A stretch of 64,000 bases of DNA, from the NCBI RefSeq assembly GCF_006345805.1, contig NC_043002.1:30380001-30444000 (forward strand). The letters are read 5' to 3'. A program made the position numbers and the translations under genes. Below are positions 14,099 to 26,414 of this stretch, piece after piece. Position 1 is the first letter of the stretch. Every line of letters begins with the position of its first letter. Below the pieces are notes generated by a model that had not been told where the DNA came from, searched no databases, and was given only the letters and a program-made list of their open reading frames with translations. Source of the DNA: Octopus sinensis. Its lineage: Eukaryota.

Positions 14099-14507
14099 CA
14101 TGTGGCTGTGTGGTAAGTAGTTTCTTTACCAACCACATGGTTCCAGGTTCAGTCCCACTGCGTGGCATCTTGGGCAAGTGTCTTCTACTATAGCCTCGGG
14201 CCGACCAAAGCTTTGTGAGTGGATTTGGTAGACGGAAACTGAAAGAAGCCCGTCGTATATATGTATATATATATATATATATATATACGTGTGTGTGTTT
14301 GTGTGTTTGTGTTTGTCCCCTTAGCATTGCTTGACAACCGATGCTGGTGTGTTTATGTCCCCGTTACTTAGCGGTTCGGCAAAATAGACCGATAGAATAA
14401 GAACTGGGCTTACAAAAGAATAAGACGCGGGGTCGAGTTGCTCGATTAAAGGCGGTGCTCCAGCATGGCCGCAGTCAAATGACTGAAACAAGTAAAAGAG
14501 TAAAAGA
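14099..14507 (+). mobile_element. Full-length tRNA-derived SINE with internal (TA)n(TG)n and (GTAAAAGA)n tail
   Basis: A-box-like tggctgtgtggtaag, B-box-like ggttcagtcc, conserved body gggcaagtgtcttctactatagcc...ggaaactgaaagaagcccgtc, 3' ccagcatggccgcagtcaaatgactgaaacaagtaaaaga. Confidence 0.9.
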
Positions 14508-14635
14508 TTAAGAGTAAATATATATATATGCGTGTGTTAAGAGTAATATATATTAAGAGTAAATATATATATATGTGCAGCTATTTGTGTGTGAATATGT
14601 TTATATGTATCTTTTAATTTTTTGTCTTCTAATTG

Positions 14636-14744
14636 TTGAAGTCATTAGACTGCGACCATACTGCAGCACCGCCTCGAAGAATTTTTAGTCGAGTAAATGG
14701 ACCTCATTACGTTTTTTTTTAACATGGTATTTATTCTAACGGTT
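14636..14744 (-). mobile_element. 3' half of a SINE interrupted by the 505-bp array
   Basis: gtcattagactgcgaccatactgcagcaccgcc...tatttattctaacgg matches the SINE 3' part in reverse and stops where the consensus continues tcttttgccgaa. Confidence 0.7.
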
Positions 14745-14748
14745 AAAA

Positions 14749-14784
<36 letters not shown>

Positions 14785-14934
14785 AATTAAGGACTGAACA
14801 CGAAAAGTGGACAGTCACATGCTAGATATAGACGTCAAATCGCCATTCACCACAAAAGATTATGTTCTCAAGATCAACTCAACACAAAACCATAGCAATA
14901 AACAAGTGAAAAATATACGAAATAAAATAATTAC

Positions 14935-14999
14935 CCATGTACTAAATTAGTTTCAGCTGTTATTTTCCGCAAGGAAAACTGCAGCCATCATCAGCATGG
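14935..14999 (-). ncRNA. Type I hammerhead ribozyme, array copy 1
   Basis: Reverse complement: CCATG-CTGATGA-T-GGCTG..TTTTCC-ttgc-GGAAAA..CAGCT-GAAA-CTAATTTAG-TA-CATGG. Confidence 0.85.
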
Positions 15000-15436
15000 T
15001 CCGTTAAAAATGTAATTTGCTGGACTAGATGCAAACACGTTACCGAAATTTCGCGTGCATGGAGTTCAGCCTATTACGTTTGAATATATCTTTCAAATGC
15101 CTTTACTTTGGCGCGTTGGAACCCGAGAAAACTAGCCTGCAGCTAATAATTAGCAGCAGTTAATTTATCGGTTAGAGAACATATTTATTTATATAAAATT
15201 AATTAAGGGTAGAAATTGATATTTATCATTAAGACCAGTGATCTAGCATATAAAAAGAATCCGAAGATTAAAATATTTATATATACCAATTAAGACTGAA
15301 CACGAAAAGTGGACAGTCAACATGCTATATATAGACGTCAAACCGCCATTCACCACAAAAGATTATGTTCTCAGATCAAACTCAACACAAAACCATAGCA
15401 ATAAACAAGTGAAATATAACGAAATAAAATAATTAC

Positions 15437-15501
15437 CCATGTACTAAATTAGTTTCAGCTGTTATTTTCCGCAAGGAAAACTGCAGCCATCATCAACATG
15501 G
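15437..15501 (-). ncRNA. Type I hammerhead ribozyme, array copy 2 (core C3U, TTGATGA)
   Basis: Same as copy 1 except catcaacatgg on + strand, i.e. TTGATGA core. Confidence 0.65.
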
Positions 15502-16068
15502 TCCGTTATAATGTAATTTGCTGGACTAGATGCAAACACGATACCGAAATATCGCGTGCATGGAGTTCAGCCTATTACATTTGAATATATCTTTCAAATG
15601 CCTTTACTTTGGCGCGTTGGAACCCGAGAAAACTAGACTGCAGCTAATAATTAGCAGCAGTTAATTTATCGGTTAGAGAACATATTTATTTATATAAAAT
15701 TAATTAAGGGTAGAAATTGAATGGCGATTTGACGTCTATATCTAGCATGTTGACTGTCCACTTTTCGTGTTCAGTCCTTATTGTATATATAAATATTTTA
15801 ATCTTCGGATTCTTTTTTAATATGCTAGACCAGGTCTTAATTGATAATATCAATTTCTACCCTTAATTAATTTTATATAAATAAATATGTTCTCTAACCG
15901 ATAAATTAACTGCTGCTAATTATTAGCTGCAGGCTAGTTTTCTCGGGTTCCAACGCGCCAAAGTAAAGGCATTAAAAGATATATTCAAATGTAATTGGCT
16001 GAACTCCATGCACGCGATATTTCGGTATCGTGTTTGCATCTAGTCCAGCAAATTACATTTATAACGGA

Positions 16069-16133
16069 CCATGCTGATGATGGCTGCAGTTTTCCTTGCG
16101 GAAAATAACAGCTGAAACTAATTTAGTACATGG
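16069..16133 (+). ncRNA. Type I hammerhead ribozyme, array copy 3
   Basis: CTGATGA 16074-16080, GAAA 16114-16117, GUA cleavage triplet 16126-16128, stem I CCATG/CATGG. Confidence 0.88.
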
Positions 16134-16572
16134 GTAATTATTTTATTTCGTATATTTTTCACTTGTTATTGCTATGGTTTTGTGTTGAGTTTGATCTGAG
16201 AACATAATCTTTTGTGGTGAATGGCGATTTGACGTCTATATCTAGCATGTTGACTGTCCACTTTTCGTGTTCAGTCCTTAATTGGTATATATAAATATTT
16301 TAATCTTCGGATTCTTTTTTAATATGCTAGACCACTGGTCTTAATTGATAAATATCAATTTCTACCCTTATTAATTTTATATAAATAAATATGTTCTCTA
16401 ACCGATAAATTAACTGCTGCTAATTATTAGCTGCAGGCTAGTTTTCTCGGGTTCCAACGCGCCAAAGTAAGGCATTTGAAAGATATATTCAAATGTAATA
16501 GGCTGAACTCCATGCACGCGATATTTCGGTATCGTGTTTGCATCTAGTCCAGCAAATCACATTTATAACGGA

Positions 16573-16637
16573 CCATGCTGATGATGGCTGCAGTTTTCCT
16601 TGCGGAAAATAACAGCTGAAACTAATTTAGTACATGG
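16573..16637 (+). ncRNA. Type I hammerhead ribozyme, array copy 4
   Basis: Identical core; predicted cleavage after 16632. Confidence 0.88.
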
Positions 16638-17078
16638 GTAATTATTTTATTTCGTATATTTTTCACTTGTTTATTGCTATGGTTTTGTGTTGAGTTTGAT
16701 CTGAGAACATAATCTTTTGTGGTGAATGGCGATTTGACGTTTATATCTAGCATGTTGACTGTCCACTTTTCGTGTTCAGTCCTTAATTGGTATATATAAA
16801 TATTTTAATCTTCGGATTCTTTTTTAATATGCTAGACCACTGGTCTTAATTGATAAATATCAATTCTACCCTTAATTAATTTTATATAAATAAATATGTT
16901 CTCTAACCGATAAATTAACTGCTGCTAATTATTAGCTGCAGGCTAGTTTTCTCGGGTTCCAACGCGCCAAAGTAAAGGCATTTGAAAGATATATTCAAAT
17001 GTAATAGGCTGAACTCCATGCACGCGATATTTCGGTATCGTGTTTGCATCTAGTCCAGCAAATCACATTTATAACGGA

Positions 17079-17143
17079 CCATGCTGATGATGGCTGCAGT
17101 TTTCCTTGCGGAAAATAACAGCTGAAACTAATTTAGTACATGG
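17079..17143 (+). ncRNA. Type I hammerhead ribozyme, array copy 5
   Basis: Identical core; predicted cleavage after 17138. Confidence 0.88.
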
Positions 17144-17381
17144 GTAATTATTTTATTTCGTATATTTTTCACTTGTTTATTGCTATGGTTTTGTGTTGAG
17201 TTTGATCTGAGAACATAATCTTTTGTGGTGAATGGCGATTTGACGTTTATATCTAGCATGTTGACTGTCCACTTTTCGTGTTCAGTCCTTAATTGGTATA
17301 TATAAATATTTTAATCTTCGGATTCCTTTTTAATATGCTAGACCACTGGTCTTAATTGATAAATATCAATTTCTACCCTTA

Positions 17382-17432
<51 letters not shown>

Positions 17433-17464
17433 GTATGTATGTGTGTGTGTGTGTGCGTATATAA

Positions 17465-17820
17465 TTTTTTTGCCGAATAGCTATTTTACACGGATGTAAA
17501 CACATCAACACCGGTTATCAGGCGGCGGCAGGAGCAAACACAGACGCCTAAACATGCACACACATCCACACACGTATACACACACACACATACGTGCGTG
17601 TGTGTGTGCGCGCGTATGTGTGTACATATACACATATATATATGCATATATATATATAAGTTTTATGTATCTATACACACACACACACACGACGGGCTTC
17701 TTTGAATTTCCGTCTACCAGATCCCACAATACATTCATTGGTCCGAGGTTATAGTGGAAGACACTTGCCTAAGGTGCCACACAGTAAGGACGTACCTAGA
17801 ACGATGTGGTTGGGAAGCGG
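17465..17820 (-). mobile_element. 5' half of the SINE interrupted by the array
   Basis: tttttgccgaatagc...gtaaacac...cgacgggcttctttgaatttccgtctacc...gaagacacttgcctaaggtgccac...gtggttgggaagc is the rest of the SINE in reverse. Confidence 0.7.
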
Positions 17821-18087
17821 GCACATGTTTAAATACGCTCTGTTAGCTTAAAGTTAACCCCATGTTCAAAAGCATTCCACCGATGACCATCTATTTATTT
17901 CAAGAATTAGTTCTTCGATTTAAAGAAGGTAGAGTGAGATTTAATTGCTATTTCAAACTGCTCGAGCAAGTAGTATGCGTTTTCTCCTCATTCAGAAATA
18001 CATACTAAAAAATGAACATTCGCTTACGTACATGGCTCTCGTGATAAATTCTGTCTTTGTTTGTTTGTCTGGTTGTCTATCTGACTT

Positions 18088-18123
<36 letters not shown>

Positions 18124-18833
18124 TCATCTCTTTATCACATATACATCTATTTAAACAAGCAATTTCAACCCAAAGTACATATATGTACATTCTACTGTTA
18201 TCTGGTATAAAAGTAGTTTTCCGTCTCACTTCGTTATTTTTTGTCTTGATGATTGACCGCTATCCGAAATGTTAAATCTTTCCTCTTTATTTCCTTAAAG
18301 CATGTAATTATTTGCTTTGTATTATTGTTTATTTATTTATTTTTACATATTTTTCACCAAGAAATTATTTGGATAATTTTAAATATAGATACATACACAG
18401 TTACATTATGTACATTATTTACATTTGACGGATATTTTTCTTGATCTTATTTGTTGTTAACAAGACGAGGATAAATATCCGTCACATGTAAATAATATAA
18501 ATAACGTACATAATCCCTCAGCTCTTAAATATAGAACTATACACAGTTTCATACATTAATGCTTTAAATATAAGGTGTATTACTGGTACTTATGTTATCA
18601 ACTCCTAAATCAAGAAAGGCAAAGCAGGTATTAGACGATATATCATATATCAAATTAGAATATCTACTGTTATTCTCACCTACTTCCATCTAACACATTA
18701 ATGGAACCAATGTATCTCACCTGAAAACGCTACCTTCACTCATGTATTATGCACACGCGTACACATTACGCACATACACGTACATGAATAGTAAGAAACC
18801 ATATCTATCTCGAATCACACTCTACTGACGAAA

Positions 18834-18864
<31 letters not shown>

Positions 18865-21039
18865 TATATATACACATATATACATATATATATATATATT
18901 CATATGCATAATAATAATATTAGGGAGAAAATCCAAACTTACAGGGAAAAATTAGAATTAGATTAAATCTAATTTTACAGTATAAATATATATATGTATG
19001 TATGTATATATGTATGTATGAATGTATGTATGTATGTATGTATGTATGTATGTATGTATGTAGTATGTATGTATGTATGTATGCATGTATGTATGGATAT
19101 ACGTACGAATATGAAATACAAATACCTGCATTAGACTTTCACTCGCATAAACTCCAGGAAAAACACCTAGAAGTATGGTTAAGAAGAACATTACGATAGT
19201 GCTCCAGCTTGGCTAATACCAACCGTTACTGGAAATAAGAAGCAAATTAAACAATTACACCACACAGACACGCATTCACAAGCATTCATACGTACACGCA
19301 CACATGCACACACACGTGTGATTGTATGTACACACACACACACACACACATATATATGTATGTATATTCAAACATATGTATATGCAACTTTCAACTATTA
19401 CACCAAACACAAACTTATCCTAAACTAGCGCACACACATGCATTCACATGGATATATATTCGCATAGACATACATACACAGGCAAACACACGCAAACACA
19501 CTCATACACACGCACATACACAGATACAAGAAAATACACACATATATATATATACATGTATACACACGCACGTAGAGGACCTTGAGGGGAGAAGCGTTTT
19601 TAATTACACTTTTCTAACAAACAATCCGCTATCAGAATCAGATTTGTGTTCTCACAAAGCACCGTGACCACCCATCCTACTCTCGTTCGCCCTGTTGGCT
19701 GCAATCACAGCCATATTATAGTCTCTTAAAGGGTTGCCCCTTTCTTCTATCTCACGGATTACCTCTTTTATTTTTTAATTAGCCCTAAAGCATTAATAAT
19801 AGAATATTTTTTGCTATTGTTCTTTGTTTTCGTGTTACTGTTGTTTTTATTTTCTGTTACTTTGTTGCTGTTGTATTTCGGTTTTCATTATGTTGCTGTA
19901 GATTTTAGAAAATTACTTGTACATAGACGCAATCACTCACACAAACATATACATGCACAGTGATGTATACACCGACACATGGACACGCAATGTTATCCTA
20001 CGTTCATATAGATTCACTTACATAAATACACACAATGAGAACATAATCCTCTCACATTTACACATGCGCTCACACAAACACAAACAAATGTATTCATACA
20101 TTTTTACCTATACAAATATGTAATTTTTGATATCAGCGAATAAAATGTGTGCGCTTGCGTATATACATACAATAACATCCTCCCACACACGCACAAACAC
20201 ACATATGTATTTGTGTCTGCGTGTTATATATCCATATTGATGACGGTTGCTAGAAACCCTGCAGGACTTAAAAAAAAGACCTATCAAAAGGATCGATGAA
20301 CCTAATGTAGGTTCAAAAGCTGTCAAGTGAGTGCACGAACCCTCGGAAATTTCTCGTTGGAGCCCTGCGTACTGACAGACCACTGAGAGTTAGGCACTGA
20401 TGTGAAATTGTTGACTGCCTGGTCTTTTAAGCCGCCATGACTTGTTGGACTCTAGCTCGAATACATCTTATAGGTTTCATCATAAAGACACTTAATTTCA
20501 TTGACATTGGCACTATTCTTACTGAAGCAGAAGAATATATTAAATACTATCAGTAGTTATTTTTTAGCAAGGTTTCTGGATCAACCAATTGAAAGGAAAT
20601 GTAAACTGTAGAAGCTCTATGCAATTTCATTGATAGACTGAATTTCAGTAACAGAAATCAATAAACTTAAACATTAACAGTCATTTTAGGAGCAACACTA
20701 ACCACATGGTACAGTCACAAAAAAATAAAACACTGAGCCGTAGCTGTCATGTTTGAAATAATCGAAAAAATAAATAAATAAAAGCTATAAATTTAATGCT
20801 ATAAACACAGATGAAATATTATGTATTAGTGAGACTTCTCTTTTTTTTCTTTGAGCTGTGAGAGAACAAAAGGAAACAACTTCTAAATATTTGTTCTTGT
20901 GTCAGCAATAAAAATTTATTCAGTTACAAAATATGAATATTTTGTAAATTTAAATAGAACTCGGGTTGGAAAATGCAATTTATGTCATAAAATGACAGTT
21001 CAATGAAGTTTTAGACACTGTTTTTAATGGCTGAAGAAC

Positions 21040-21295
21040 GGACATTTGCCAATGCATCACCGACTTGCTAACATATAACATGCCATAGAGGTCTCTTGTC
21101 CTCAGCAAAGCATTAGACAGTGTCGGGAAGATGAACATCTAAGCTAAGCCAGATGTCAATGGTCTTCACCCAACTCTCATATCTGAGACTGCAACATCAC
21201 AGGTCCTACACTGATGGGTTTCTTTCTAAGCCGTTCACTATCAACTCTGCTGCAACACAAGCTTCAGTCATATTCCTTTCACTCTTTATTCATCG
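21040..21295 (+). mobile_element. Decayed LINE reverse-transcriptase fragment (CR1/L2/Jockey group)
   Basis: LSKALDSV...GLHPTLIS and DGFLSKPFTINSAATQASVIFLSLFI resemble LDISKAFDRV...GVPQGSVLSP.LF. Confidence 0.7.
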
Positions 21296-21584
21296 GTATC
21301 ATGTCACATTTAATAGATACGTTGCTATGCACAAGAAACTACACCTCATTCTTCCTGAAATCTTGTACGCAAGTGCCATTATTGCAAGTAAAACCTGCAC
21401 AATATCCATGAACAGTTAATTTGGGACAATTTAATTTCTTTTAATAGCTCCAACGTTCTATCACTGTTCAGGCCTAGAAAACAATCCCATATCACACCCT
21501 CAGCCTTAAACAATATAAACCTAACACATTCAAAATCACAGTAATTTCTAGATCACAGAAATCGTTGATATTCTAATCTGTTCT

Positions 21585-21680
21585 AGGCACAAGGCTCGAA
21601 ATTTCGGGGGAGGGAACCAGTCGATTAGATCGACTCCAGTACGTAGCTGGTACTTAATTTATCGACCCCAAAAGGGGAAC
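21585..21680 (-). mobile_element. SINE 3' fragment
   Basis: ctaggcacaaggctcgaaatttcggggg...agtcgattagatcgactccagt...ctggtacttaatttatcgacccc is the reverse of the 63664-family body. Confidence 0.7.
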
Positions 21681-22437
21681 AGAAATCGGTGGAACAGAAA
21701 TCGAAGATGTTAAACAGAAATGGAAGATGTTAAACGTAAAACCGCAATCACGGAAATAGACAATAAAATACTTCAGCAGTGTGAAAGTTAAACGCAAAAT
21801 GAAACACTGCATGTTACATTTAGGATAACAATGCTTTTATGCATACAATATCTGAGGCCTCTTGCTGAAGAGAACCATTCTTGCTGAAGAAAACCATTCT
21901 TCCTGATGAAAACCATTAACTTCTACGATAGCCTCTATCCCTTAGAGCTAGCTAATTACAAACCAAATCCAGGCAACATCTACCAACGCATTCAGCTCCT
22001 TTCCATCTATCAGCGATATTGTGTATTTCCTTTCCTATAGATCTTGCATTAAGTGCTTGTGTTTTTAAGCGCCAGTCTTCAAGAATTTCTTTGCCACCTA
22101 CATCGATATACACAAGATCAAACCGAACGTAAAGCCTACCAATCTTGTCATTTTGGAAGTGTCTGGGAAAGATAGGGGCAATGTTCCTTGCAACTGATTA
22201 AAGCATAAGGCTAAACTGAACACCCATAGCGCTTATTGTCCCTATGTCCCGTGTGTAGCATTGGAGCAATCTCAAGAATAATCAGCCGAAATTGCGTGGA
22301 TAATCTGGTGTTTGACTGAAGAAAGAAAACTTCGAATGACCCGTGCTTCTTTTCTTTGTATCGTCTATCTGGATGTTTTGTTGTCCCTTTTTGTATCACA
22401 TAGCTGTCCGGATGTTTTGCGTTCTTGTCCCATTTTG

Positions 22438-22565
<128 letters not shown>

Positions 22566-23653
22566 ATGTGTATATATATATATATATACATATGGTTTTT
22601 AAGGTGTTTGTATATACGCCTATCATTCTAATAAATATATTCATTACATATCTTGTGCATATATGTAATACAGTTTTGTAAGCATACATATATCTATATG
22701 CAAACGAGTATGTATATATGTGAGTTTGTATTATGTGTGTGTGCGCGCACGCGTGTGTCTGCTCGTTTATTTATATATTTGGGTATTTACATTATTAACG
22801 ATTTCCTTAGCGGACAGTCTATACATAGATTTGATTTTTATTGGGAGTGAATGTATTGTATGTCATTTATATATGTGCCTGTATGTGCTGGGATCTGTGT
22901 ATGCACGTATAAATATATGTATTTCTGTGTGTGAATATTGGCGTGTGTGTCCGTGAGTGTGCTAAATTTCTGTGGGTGTATGAATAAAAATATGTTTAAC
23001 ACGGGACCCCAGGCATGTAACATAAACAAACAAATATCAAATAAACATGAAATAAGTATCAAATTGCATGATTATCTGAAATACCTCACATTTCATTAAC
23101 ACTGATATACTCTGCAAGAAAACCGAGTATGACATGTGTTAGTTAAATTGTGAGCTTTCTATTTAAAACACACACATACAAATTCGAACCCTTGTACACC
23201 AGAGAAAAGTTGTTTTGTTCTTTGTTATGTCTTTGGAATCTGTTCTGAACTTGTTATGATATATATTCTGTCATGTGAACAGGATAAAGTGTTTCGTTCT
23301 TCGAATTGGTAACAATAAAGGATTTTTTTAGCTTAGTCTTAATGAAATCTGCTACTTCTGAAAATCATAAGTCTGTGGTTCGTAGCGGTGAGCTGAGCGT
23401 CTCCTCGTTCCATATTCAGAGCTAAAATAGGGGATAAATGAGAATGAAGGCCTTGTATTAGGGATAGGGTATAATACGAACTACAAGAAGAGTTTCTACC
23501 CCAGGAATGTCAAACATTTCCTGCTTTGCAGACAGGACTGAAAAATAAACTAGGTATCGCGTGCCAAATAGCAACAATTGTTTTTCAGAAACCTCTTCAT
23601 AATATAGGCTAAAAATCAATAAATAAAGTGATCAATGTATATTATGTAGAAAC

Positions 23654-23894
23654 GAGTGGCCTAGTGGTTAGGGTGTTGAACTTATGATCGTAAGGTTGTG
23701 GTTTCGATTCCTTGACCGAGCAATGCGTTGTGTTCTTGAGCAAAACACTTCATTTCATGTTGCTCCAGTCTACTCAGCTGCCAAAAATGAATAGTCCTGC
23801 GACGGACCGGCGTCCCGACCAGGTGGGGAATTACTACGTCAATAAAACCAGGAAACCGGCCCTTATGAGCCTGGCATGGCGCGAGAAGGAACAA
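23654..23894 (+). mobile_element. tRNA-derived SINE
   Basis: A box tggcctagtggttagg, B box gtttcgattcc, then gtgttcttgagcaaaacac...ctgcgacggaccggcgtcccg.ccaggtgggg...gagaaggaacaa tail shared with 37933 and 56156 copies. Confidence 0.85.
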
Positions 23895-24420
23895 TGTATA
23901 TTATAAGATCTTTATTAAACCTAAATACTTCAGGTTTTACCTCTTGGACTGCGGCCATGATAACGCACCGGTTTGAAGGTTTTCGGCGAATAAATCGACA
24001 TCAGGGCTTATATTTTTAAGTTAGGTACTCATTTTATTGGTCACGTTTGTAGATCATACATATGCATAAACACACACATACACACGCACGCACACACACA
24101 CACACACATTCAAACATTCATATATACCCATACTTACACACAATCTCACACTTACACAAACAACACACACATATACCCTGGGAAGTTAATCGCACAGAGG
24201 TTATGCGCCTTCGGCCATTTGATTTTGACGAGTCACTTATACCGGTCAGCGCTTTAATAGGTTCAAAACCAATGGTCACTCTATGACCAGCAATAACAAT
24301 TAACTTCCTAAAAATATATTATTGCGAGCTTCTTTTTCGGACATATGAATTACTGACTACATGTACATATATGCATACATGTATATATGCATACGTACAT
24401 ATATACATACACACATATAT

Positions 24421-24452
<32 letters not shown>

Positions 24453-24603
24453 GAGTAATTGAATGAATTATCTTATTAAGGATAATTCGAAAGATAACCG
24501 ATACCTGGGTAGCAAATTCACATCAGAAAGAACACGATTGAAGCTATAAAATTATAAGTATCTGAAAGAATGGAGTTGAACGACTGGTTAACAAATATCC
24601 TTT

Positions 24604-24688
24604 ATTCTCGACATATGTTTCGAAGGCTGTATATTCCTAATTCCGAAGGAATAAGGAGTACATTATGCAGATTTCTCTTCAGGAAAAT
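24604..24688 (-). ncRNA. Type I hammerhead ribozyme (mirror copy)
   Basis: Reverse complement of the 24798-24882 motif with one stem II mismatch. Confidence 0.75.
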
Positions 24689-24797
24689 CAAGGAAACTTA
24701 TGTCGACATCAAAATGCACAAAATACTTTTAGCTGACCGCTCTCAAGGAGCCTATGGCGATAATTTGTGCATTTTGATGTCGACATAAGTTTCTTTG

Positions 24798-24882
24798 ATT
24801 TTCCTGAAGAGAAATCTGTATAATGTACTCCTTATTCCTTCGGAATTAGGAATATACAGCCTTCGAAACATATGTCGAGAAT
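24798..24882 (+). ncRNA. Type I hammerhead ribozyme with extended stem II
   Basis: ATTTTC-CTGAAGA-GAA..CTGTATA..TCCT.ATTCC-ttc-GGAAT.AGGA.TATACAG..TTC-GAAA-CATATG-TC-GAGAAT: stem I 6 bp, palindromic stem III ACATATGT, GUC cleavage after 24876. Confidence 0.82.
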
Positions 24883-24927
24883 AAAGGATATTTGTTAACC
24901 AGTCATTCAACTCCATTCGTTCAGATA

Positions 24928-24965
<38 letters not shown>

Positions 24966-24966
<1 letters not shown>

Positions 24967-25110
24967 GACGGACTTCCACACAATTTCCATCTACCAAATT
25001 CATTCGAAAGGAGCTGATCTGTCCAGGATGCCGCACTGTAAGACTGGACACAAAAACATGTGGCTCCAAATTGACCTTCTTAACCACATACCCATGTGTG
25101 CACCTAAGAG
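24966..25110 (-). mobile_element. SINE 5' fragment
   Basis: acgacggacttccacacaatttccatctaccaaatt...cttcttaaccacataccc resembles the reversed head of the 14099 family. Confidence 0.55.
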
Positions 25111-25618
25111 AAAATAGGTAGCATCGTTTTGTTAATGGATTTATAAGCTTGCTTTTAATTGCTGCGATAAAATATTTCCAAAATGCCACTAGATTTCATT
25201 AATTTGATGAATCAGAGTCTGTATTAATCAGGGCTCGATAAGAACCCCGATTTATACATGATGAACGCATACTAGCAATAAATGTGTTGCAGAATATCTA
25301 TAAAATTTAAAGAAATCCGTTTTATTATATAATTGTGTCTTAAGGACTGTCTAAAGACTATTTCCTTCAGTATGACTGACATCCACTTTGCTGGTGGTTA
25401 CTCCATCTGTTAGAAAGAGGTAGAGAGCGTAGACTAAATTCTATAATGTTGACTTGGTCACATGTTGCTGAAGAGAATGCTTAATGTAATGACTGAAATG
25501 TATTGGATCAGTGGGGCGTTGTCAGTGATGAACTGGAGCACAAAACAACTCCACCGCCACTGGCGCCGTCGCCGCCGCCAAACCACCACCATCACCACCA
25601 TATCAAGATAAACAGCAC

Positions 25619-26015
25619 ATGACCTTGCAGGTGGGGCCAAGTTAGAATTTTCTTCTGGTTGAGTATCCCATCCCGCTCAAAAGGTCCCTGACTAAAGGTT
25701 GTTGAAGGATGTTGAACGAAACACCCTTGTTTCCAGAGGTGAATTATCCAAACCCCAAGGAATCCCTCTCAACACATGGCTATGATGCTCCCCCACTAAT
25801 TCTGCTCGTGGTTAGAGATGCACATATCGTCAGCCACTGCGGAACATGCTCAACTGGTTAAGGTCAAACAACTGACAAGCAAATCTGTGGTATTGAGCAG
25901 AATATTAGCTGTAGCCCATCTTTTATAAAAAGACAAAACAACGTACATGATAACACTTCCAATCAGTTAAGATCAGAAGTCACGAGAGCCACTGCCTGGT
26001 ACTGCTTCAGGGCAT
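25619..26015 (+). mobile_element. Probable non-LTR retrotransposon 3' end with (ATT)n tail
   Basis: Complex sequence ending ctggtactgcttcagggcat, running directly into a long (ATT)n tail typical of LINE 3' ends; family not assigned. Confidence 0.5.
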
Positions 26016-26027
26016 TTATTATTATTA

Positions 26028-26075
<48 letters not shown>

Positions 26076-26102
26076 CATTATCATATCATTATCATTATTA
26101 TA

Positions 26103-26145
<43 letters not shown>

Positions 26146-26234
26146 ATTATTATTATTATTATTATTATTATTTTATCATTATCATATCATTATCATTATT
26201 ATTATTATTATCATTATTATTATCATTATTATTA

Positions 26235-26270
<36 letters not shown>

Positions 26271-26274
26271 TATT

Positions 26275-26306
<32 letters not shown>

Positions 26307-26326
26307 ATTATTATTATTATTATTAT

Positions 26327-26413
<87 letters not shown>
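26016..26413. repeat. (ATT/ATC)n microsatellite, ~400 bp
   Basis: Direct inspection. Confidence 0.95.

Positions 26414-26414
<1 letters not shown>

Larger units (their letters stand above)
14781..17392. repeat. ~505-bp tandem array with internal inversion (~1.9 units one way, ~3.3 units the other), one hammerhead per unit; retrozyme/Penelope pLTR-like
   Basis: Units start at 14781 and ~15284; orientation flips at 15720/15721; atggcgatttg recurs at 15721, 16221, 16726, 17232 (periods 500, 505, 506). No ORF of 60 aa or more in the track. Confidence 0.95.
24553..24933. repeat. 170-bp inverted repeat (4 mismatches, 41-nt spacer); each arm carries a hammerhead
   Basis: Left arm 24553-24722 is the reverse complement of 24764-24933. 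Confidence 0.95.

Noticed and set aside
14781-17392. CRISPR-like or simple satellite reading of the array
   Set aside because: No unique spacers; units are ~505 bp and contain ribozyme cores.
22316-22345. CTGAAGAAAG..CTTCGAAT in a pLTR-like context
   Set aside because: GAAA is broken and no stem I or III pairs; too decayed to call.
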